Positions 51,574 through 64,000 of a stretch of 64,000 bases of DNA are shown here, one piece after another. Each line of letters opens with the position of its first letter. The stretch's first letter is position 1. The DNA comes from Chrysomallon squamiferum (taxonomy: Eukaryota; Animalia; Mollusca), in NCBI GenBank assembly GCA_012295275.1, contig CM022676.1:4774001-4838000 (forward strand), given 5' to 3'. The position numbers and the translations under genes were made by a program. The notes beneath the pieces were generated by a model. That model did no database searches. It saw only the letters and a list, made by a program, of their open reading frames with translations, and was not told the origin of the DNA.

Positions 51574-52732
51574 CTAGATTGTTCCGTTACCGATGTAGCT
51601 GTCTTCGAAAAAGTCGTCGTCCTCCTCATACGGCAGCTGGTTCAAGCTGTCGCCAACGCTGGCGCTGAGACGTTTTATGCGGTTCGGTGTACGACGTCGC
51701 TTCTTGCGGCTTTCCACCAGCTGGTCTATGTCGTAGACGAGGGCGTCGATGCCGTAGTACGCTGCTTCTTCTCTGAGCAGGTCGAGTTCGCGAAATCCCT
51801 GAGGCAGCAAGAGTCTGTTCGTCCGAAGAAAGTTGAGAACGTGCCTGAAACGAATATGTTGTGATTTTAAATTTCAGTGGCCTTAAAGTGTTGCTTGAAA
51901 AAAATCAATATTGTTTTAAGTTTTAGTGGCCTTAAAATGTCGCCTGAAATAAATCAATATTGTTTTAATTCTCAGTGGCCTTAAAGTGTTACCTGAAATA
52001 AATCAATATTGTTTTAATTTTTAGTGGCCTTAAATTGTCGCCTGAAACTAATGTATATGTTTTAAGTTTCAGTGGCCTTAAAGTGTTGCCTAAAACAAAC
52101 ATATTCTGGTTTTATTAATAGTGGCCTTAAAGTTGTTGTTTGTATATATATGCTAGTAATGAGATTAATATATAATTCTTAAAGACAACCTTCACTAAAA
52201 ATAAACTATATTATAATAAAATAAACGTTCAGCGACAATCCATAAAGGCTGACATTTTTTTTTTTTATTCCCATGCCAGCTATTTGTGACGTCAAGTCTT
52301 ACATAAAAAACCCACAGTTTTAATCATTACTGGCTTTAAATTATACTTGTAATGGTGATTATGCCGTTAATAATCTTAAGATATTTTGTCTATTTCTAAG
52401 TTATATGTAGTTCGGAGAATGGGTATTTGCATCATAGTCTAGATTTCTAGTTTCTCTATTTAAAATATTTCTGTTTATATACAAGAGACCAGTGAGGAAA
52501 TCACTTTAAGAATATTTATTTATTTATTTATTTATTTAATTATTTATTTATTTATTATTATTACATTACAGCTATTTCTGTTACTATTACTATTAATATT
52601 AATACTATTACTATTACTACCACTATTACTATTGTTGCAACTATTACTACTACTACTACCATTACTACCTCTGTCAGTATTACTACTATTACTCCTACTA
52701 CTACCTCGTTCTTTATTTACTTACTGACTTAC

Positions 52733-52784
<52 letters not shown>

Positions 52785-53896
52785 AAGGAAGGCGAGTTAT
52801 TTGTTAATGTCGCTACAAATACATTGTAATTTTAATATTTCTGTTAATTACATATTATCGAAATCTGTTTGCTAAATCATTTTGCATAGACCTATTAACT
52901 GGCCCGAAATGGCTAAACAAACATCGTTTAAACCTAATTTCAAAGGACGGAAATACGTTGTATCCGCAAAGTAATTTTGCTTACAGCTACGCTATAATGA
53001 CATTGATTTTCTGAAAGGTGTATGTAATTAAAGAACTATACAAAAGAGTCACTGTATGGTACATCCTGTGAAAAATAGCAAGAAAACCGAATGCGTGCAT
53101 GTAGATGTACACATGCATACATACATACATATGTACATTATGTACATACAAACAGACAGTCCGACATGCAGATATAGAAAGATACACGCAAACAGCATAT
53201 ACATACGTATATAGTACATACATACATATGTACCTACCTACCTACCTACAAAAGTACGTACCTACATACATATCATACATACATTATGCCAATACTTTTT
53301 TTTTACTACATTATAATTTATTTGACAGCCTCTGGGCAAATGTCTTAGGTTTATTATTAGAAGTAGTAGTTGTAGTAGTAGTAGTAGTAGCAGTAGTAGT
53401 TGTTGTTGTTGCTGTATTTAAGAAAGAGAAAAAGAAAGCGAGAGAGCCCAGTAATATCATGCATGGTACAGAAAACTGGCTTCAGTATAGTTGGTCATTA
53501 TATTATATTATATTATATTATATTATATTATATTATATTATATTATATTATAATTACGATATTTAACGCTCTTTTGTTTTCTGAATTTCTGCATTTTAAT
53601 TAACATTTCACTTTTAATTTAATTCTTTGTTTTTTTTTTTAATTTTTTTTTTTTTTTCCTATTAAATTGTTAACTCGTAATTAAATAATACATGCACTTG
53701 GAAGTAATTTACCATACCTGAACACGTGACCATCTCTATCGATGACGTAGTTTCCTCTGTCGTCTCTAAGACAAGACTGACTACCGTTGGCAATCCGCCA
53801 CAGGAATGTTCCCTGAATCAGTGATAACGTTGACTTCATTGTTGTGTAGTACATTCCTCCAACGTTCAAACGCATCACTCTATCGGATCTGGACAT
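51574..53896 (-). CDS. BTB/POZ (T1-type) domain-containing KCTD-family protein, 149 aa
   Basis: Exons 53896-53718 and 51844-51574 (phase 2). Translation RLNVGGMYYTTMKSTL...[48 protein letters not shown] is a typical KCTD BTB domain. The subfamily cannot be assigned. Confidence 0.9.
51842..52135. repeat. ~49 bp minisatellite, 6 copies, replicating the KCTD exon 2 acceptor
   Basis: Unit cctgaaa...tgttttaa.tttcagtggccttaaagtgttg starts exactly at the exon boundary; most copies read tttcag|G on the minus strand. Confidence 0.88.
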
Positions 53897-55125
53897 CTTG
53901 AATCCTTCTTCTTTTAATTTACTATTTCGTTCTAAACAATATTCAAATTTGTAACTTCTGCTTTCCTTTTGCGGTATCACCACTCACAAACGTTCCTGAG
54001 ATGTCTTTGAAGTTGAATTTTTTGTTGGCAAACTAAATACAAATGTTCCATTTCCCGAAAAATCTCGGTAATCTTTTTTTAAAATTTCCCGATAGCCGAT
54101 TTTATTTTGTCGAAATTTATTTTGCAGTTACTGATAATATTCTATAACTGCATGAACATTATCTTCTTGTATACGAATGATGTTTAACACGATTAGATAA
54201 ATTTACACCGTATATTTTGTTTGCGTATAAAACACTTGTCAGATCTGCTTAACAGATACGTATTTCTCTCCTTCCCAGACGAAAGCTGTTACAGTTTGAC
54301 ATATTATGTGTCACAATTTAAGATATTAAGAACATGCGAAACAAGAAAAAAAAAAAAAAAAAAAAAAAATGATTTACCAACGAAATTATCTTTGCCTCAG
54401 GTTAGTTAGGTTTTTTTTTTTTCTCCGTTGCACGAAAATTTAAAAATTTCGAATCAGACTCGTCACGTTGTCCATATGTCTGTTGACGTCTGCTCCATTC
54501 CAGTTTCGAGTCTCACGCGGATGCATTTGGGTTATTTAACCAATAAAAGAAAAATCGTCTACCTGACCCAGTATATGGTTAAAGCCCACGTGTTTTTTTT
54601 TTTTCTTTTTTTCTAGCCTGCTAAATCTGCAGTTTATTGATGTCGTATGTGTATTTATAAGCTTGTTCTCAACTGTAAATCAGCCAGGCTTACAAATAAC
54701 CAGCTGTTGCCATTAGGTATTGACAAAATGTATTAGAGATACAGCGCCAGCTTTCAGTAATGTAACCAACATGCTTGATTAAACTGAGGTATACATGTCA
54801 TTCATTGGAATATCTAACTGTGCGCGTGTGCGTGTGAGCGTGCGTGTGTTTGTGTGTGTGTGTGTGTGTGCTTTCTCTCTTTGTTTTGGATCTTTTCAGT
54901 TTCATTTTATAAACGTACGACAGAGTAATTGTTTAAAAAGGGAGGGGTAAGAACTAGTTTTAAAAATATATGATCGGATCTAGGCAGACAGATATACAGA
55001 GAGAGAGAAATAGGTAGAGACAGAAGACTGACATACAGACAGATAGATAAATACATATACAGATATACAACGAGACAGACAGTCAGTTGGTTGACAGGTA
55101 GTTGAATATGTAATTACGTGTGTAC

Positions 55126-55139
55126 GTTGTTATGGCAAC
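55126..55139. promoter_or_regulatory. Candidate RFX X-box GTTGTTATGGCAAC
   Basis: Full match to GTHNYYATRRNAAC, ~1.2 kb upstream of the KCTD ATG. Confidence 0.45.
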
Positions 55140-55771
55140 CGCTAAATACACACACGCGAGGATATATATTTAGTAATATGTGATATGTGTAATAATATGC
55201 ATATACATATGTATGAATGTATTTATGTATGTATATGCATAATATTGTACATTATTATGCATATATATGTATTTATGTATGTATATATATATACACACAC
55301 ACACACACGCACACCCACACACAACACACACATATACATAAAGCACAAACAGAACTTCATAAACCATACAAATTAAAACATATACATTTGTTTTTAATAA
55401 AGTCAAATAAGTAAGTAAATAAATAAATAAATAAATAATGAAAAAACACAAAAAATAACAACAATCAACGTCAAGGCATTCATGTTTTATTGCAAGAAAA
55501 TGAACACACACTGGTTAATAAATTTCGATCACAGCAACCATGTGTAGTAAATATATAACGACAATACAAATAAAATAAAACTTATAATGATATATCCTTT
55601 TTAAAAACAAATTATATACAGATTAATTTAACATTATGTAACAAACAGCTTATAAAATTAGTAAACACGATTTCCTCAAAACCCAAGTTACCAAATGATT
55701 TTGGAATGATACATACATATATATATATGTATATAAATACTGTATATATAAATTTTGTAATTTTGTGTGTG

Positions 55772-55804
<33 letters not shown>

Positions 55805-56275
55805 GAATGTATATAAAGCCACAATATTTTATAAAATGTGAATATTAAAACAATCTTGAATAATACTGAGAAAATATCTGCAATCAAACGATTCAAGCGA
55901 ATTTACTAAGTATTATGTTTAATTTATCTTGTTCCTAAAATTTTTTTTAAAAAATAATAAAAAAAATAATAATAATTATAAAAATTTGTGAAAGACATAA
56001 AACATCGTGTTTTTCAAAGGAATTAAAGCCAACCAAAACAACGGCAAGACGACTGGTTGGGCTCTGTAAGTAGTTTATATAACGCTTAATCTGATTGGTC
56101 AAATTGAATATTACTTACACTTGAAGCAATTGGTTAATTATGGTTAACTCCATTATTAACCAAATATAATAAGTCAAGAATAGTAACTTATTTCTAAAGC
56201 TTTACGATCTAATGAATTATAGTCTCTCTCTAATCAGAGGAATGTAAATAAATAAAATAAAATAATAATAAATAC

Positions 56276-56347
<72 letters not shown>

Positions 56348-57680
56348 CCGTGTGGATTAATGGCGCCTGTTTACCATGGGTAGGAATGTCGATGAGTTTT
56401 GTCATAATAAAAAATAACAATAACAATAAATAAATATAACTTGCGAATAAAATAAACAACAACATAATTTCGTTATTCTGCTAACATTCTTTTAAAAAAT
56501 TTTTTAAAAAATAAAAATTATATAGCGCTTAATTTAACATTATATAACAAACAGCTTTATGAAATTAATAAACATGATTATGAGCAAAAAAAAGGTTACG
56601 TATATAATTAAATATAAATAAATCTTTTCAGCGAAATTAGTTCCCTTATTTTTGTCAAGTTGCCAAATGAGGAGGGGCTCGCTAGTAGTTAAGTTTGACT
56701 TTCGGCACTGAGTGTACTTATTTCATCATCGACTTTAACGACAATTTACCTGGAGCAAGGTTAATAAGGCAAGCAGAGAGTGACACATACATACCTATTA
56801 ACATTTAATACACGTGTCATTACAGTTTATTTTTGTTTATTTTAATATTTAATTAATATATACGTTTAATGTATATATGCGGTTTTAAATTTACTCTATC
56901 ATTCATCATAATTCAATTTCTTAAGATTAATATTTCATATAAGTTATCTACCTATATATTGTTAGAACATTTAATATTTTTTCTTCATTCTAATATTTCA
57001 TATATATTTATGTATAATTTAATATTCAAAATATTCTTGACTTTTATTAATTTAAAATACGATATATACAATTTCATTTTCTTCAGTTTAATATGACATA
57101 TATCTATGTATTTTGACATTTAATGTACGCCATATATATTAATGTACTTCTTTTTAATATTTTTAATGAATTCATATTTATTCATTTCATTTTAATATTA
57201 AAAAAATATATATATAATAAATTTTTATATTTTATTACATTGTTTATATATTATTACATTGTTCTGAATAAACAATGCACAAACGAACAAAGAATGGAGT
57301 AAGCATATATGTGTTTGGAATGGGAATACAATCTAAATCGTTTCCAAAGTATATAATAATAATTTCAAACTATATGTTCTATTCGGAAAAGGTTACCTAG
57401 GAAACACGCCATACGCTGCAGGCTTTAGTCCAATCATATTTACATTAAACATAATTTGCCTCGATCTAGTTTTATAAGCGCTAACATATATTTATATGTT
57501 AAATTCAATTTTGCTTAAAAAAATAAAAAAATAAAATAAAATAAAAATGATAAATAAATAAATAACTTTGTTAAGTATTTAATACATGAGCAAACCACAG
57601 TTCTTAAGTCTTGAGCGGGTTTCTTCTCTACAATATTATCCCCAAAAAAAACCACGTTTGACATCCGATACTGATGTGTC

Positions 57681-57713
<33 letters not shown>

Positions 57714-58090
57714 ACACACATTTGTTGTACAGGACAAAACAAATATTACAATAAATATGAACAATAAAACAAAATATTTACATGTTCATAATACTGAAAG
57801 AGTTAATTTTGAAATAATCCTGTTGAATTCTTTTGGCGTTTAATGAAAATGTCAATGGCAGAACGCGTTCGGTAACAAAAATAGTGTTTCTGTCAAAATT
57901 CCATCTACACTGGCATCTCGCATTTTTCATGATTCCAGTATTTTAGTAAACCAATTAAGCGATATAAAATTAAAAAATAATTAATTAAAATGCATACAGT
58001 AATGATAGCAATTTTTCATTAAAGTAAAATAAACACAGCATCAGTCGTATATTAAACATTTTTGTTAACTGCACGATAGCCTGCAATATC

Positions 58091-58129
<39 letters not shown>

Positions 58130-58299
58130 GTTTTACTTACTTAAAAACTGCACTGATCGTCTGTAAAAACATTTGCTTAAATTTTAACGATCTGCCAAAT
58201 CTGTAACAATCGTATGTTAAACCTTTGCCTTTCATAACATGATAATAACGAATATCCCATATATATATTCAGCCATCTTTAATCGTATCAGTAACGCTT

Positions 58300-63676
<5,377 letters not shown>

Positions 63677-63964
63677 CTGGTGTTGAAAGAAATATATTTA
63701 ATAAACGAAACGTTAATTTTACAAGTGAATGAATAAAGGTAATAACTCTGGAATGCTAGTGTCGCTGCTTCTATAACAACGGTAATGAAATAAACAATAC
63801 GACAGCAGCAACAACAGGAACGTCAACAATAAGACAAAGCTGTAAGCAGTAACAACAACGATGGCAAAAACAACAACAACAACAACAACATTTGTAATAT
63901 TTGTTTATTTAAAAAATATTATTTTAAACAATATAATTCGTAAAGTGATTAGAGATCGAAATTC

Positions 63965-64000
<36 letters not shown>

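Overview
This is AT-rich, microsatellite-dense animal DNA with GT-AG introns; a mollusc or other lophotrochozoan is my low-confidence guess. Most ORF-track entries are microsatellite artefacts. Splicing by hand gives five genes: the 3' half of a USF bHLH-zip factor (+, 251-4535), a 24-coding-exon HYOU1/GRP170 ER chaperone ending in HTEL (-, 38232-15447), AAR2 head-to-head with HYOU1 (+, 43292-46109), a small BTB/T1-only KCTD-type gene (-, 53896-51574) and the 3' part of a SAXO/FAM154-like gene (-, 63676-58300). The main theme is local copying of exons and splice sites. (1) USF has two tandem 107-nt mutually exclusive exons that swap a Cys-free bHLH loop for a two-Cys loop, followed by an intron rich in direct and inverted repeats. 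(2) HYOU1 has a net +19-nt hairpin-like insertion in the Hsp70 IN.DEA motif; it causes a premature stop unless an acceptor 4 nt downstream is used, and that acceptor is amplified about 10 times in an adjacent minisatellite. (3) An inverted copy of a HYOU1 exon lies in a downstream HYOU1 intron. (4) A copy of AAR2 coding exon 4 lies antisense in HYOU1 intron 1. (5) Several minisatellites start exactly at splice junctions. An exactly spaced ERSE lies in the HYOU1/AAR2 divergent promoter. All functional interpretations are inferences that need RNA-seq or read-level checks.
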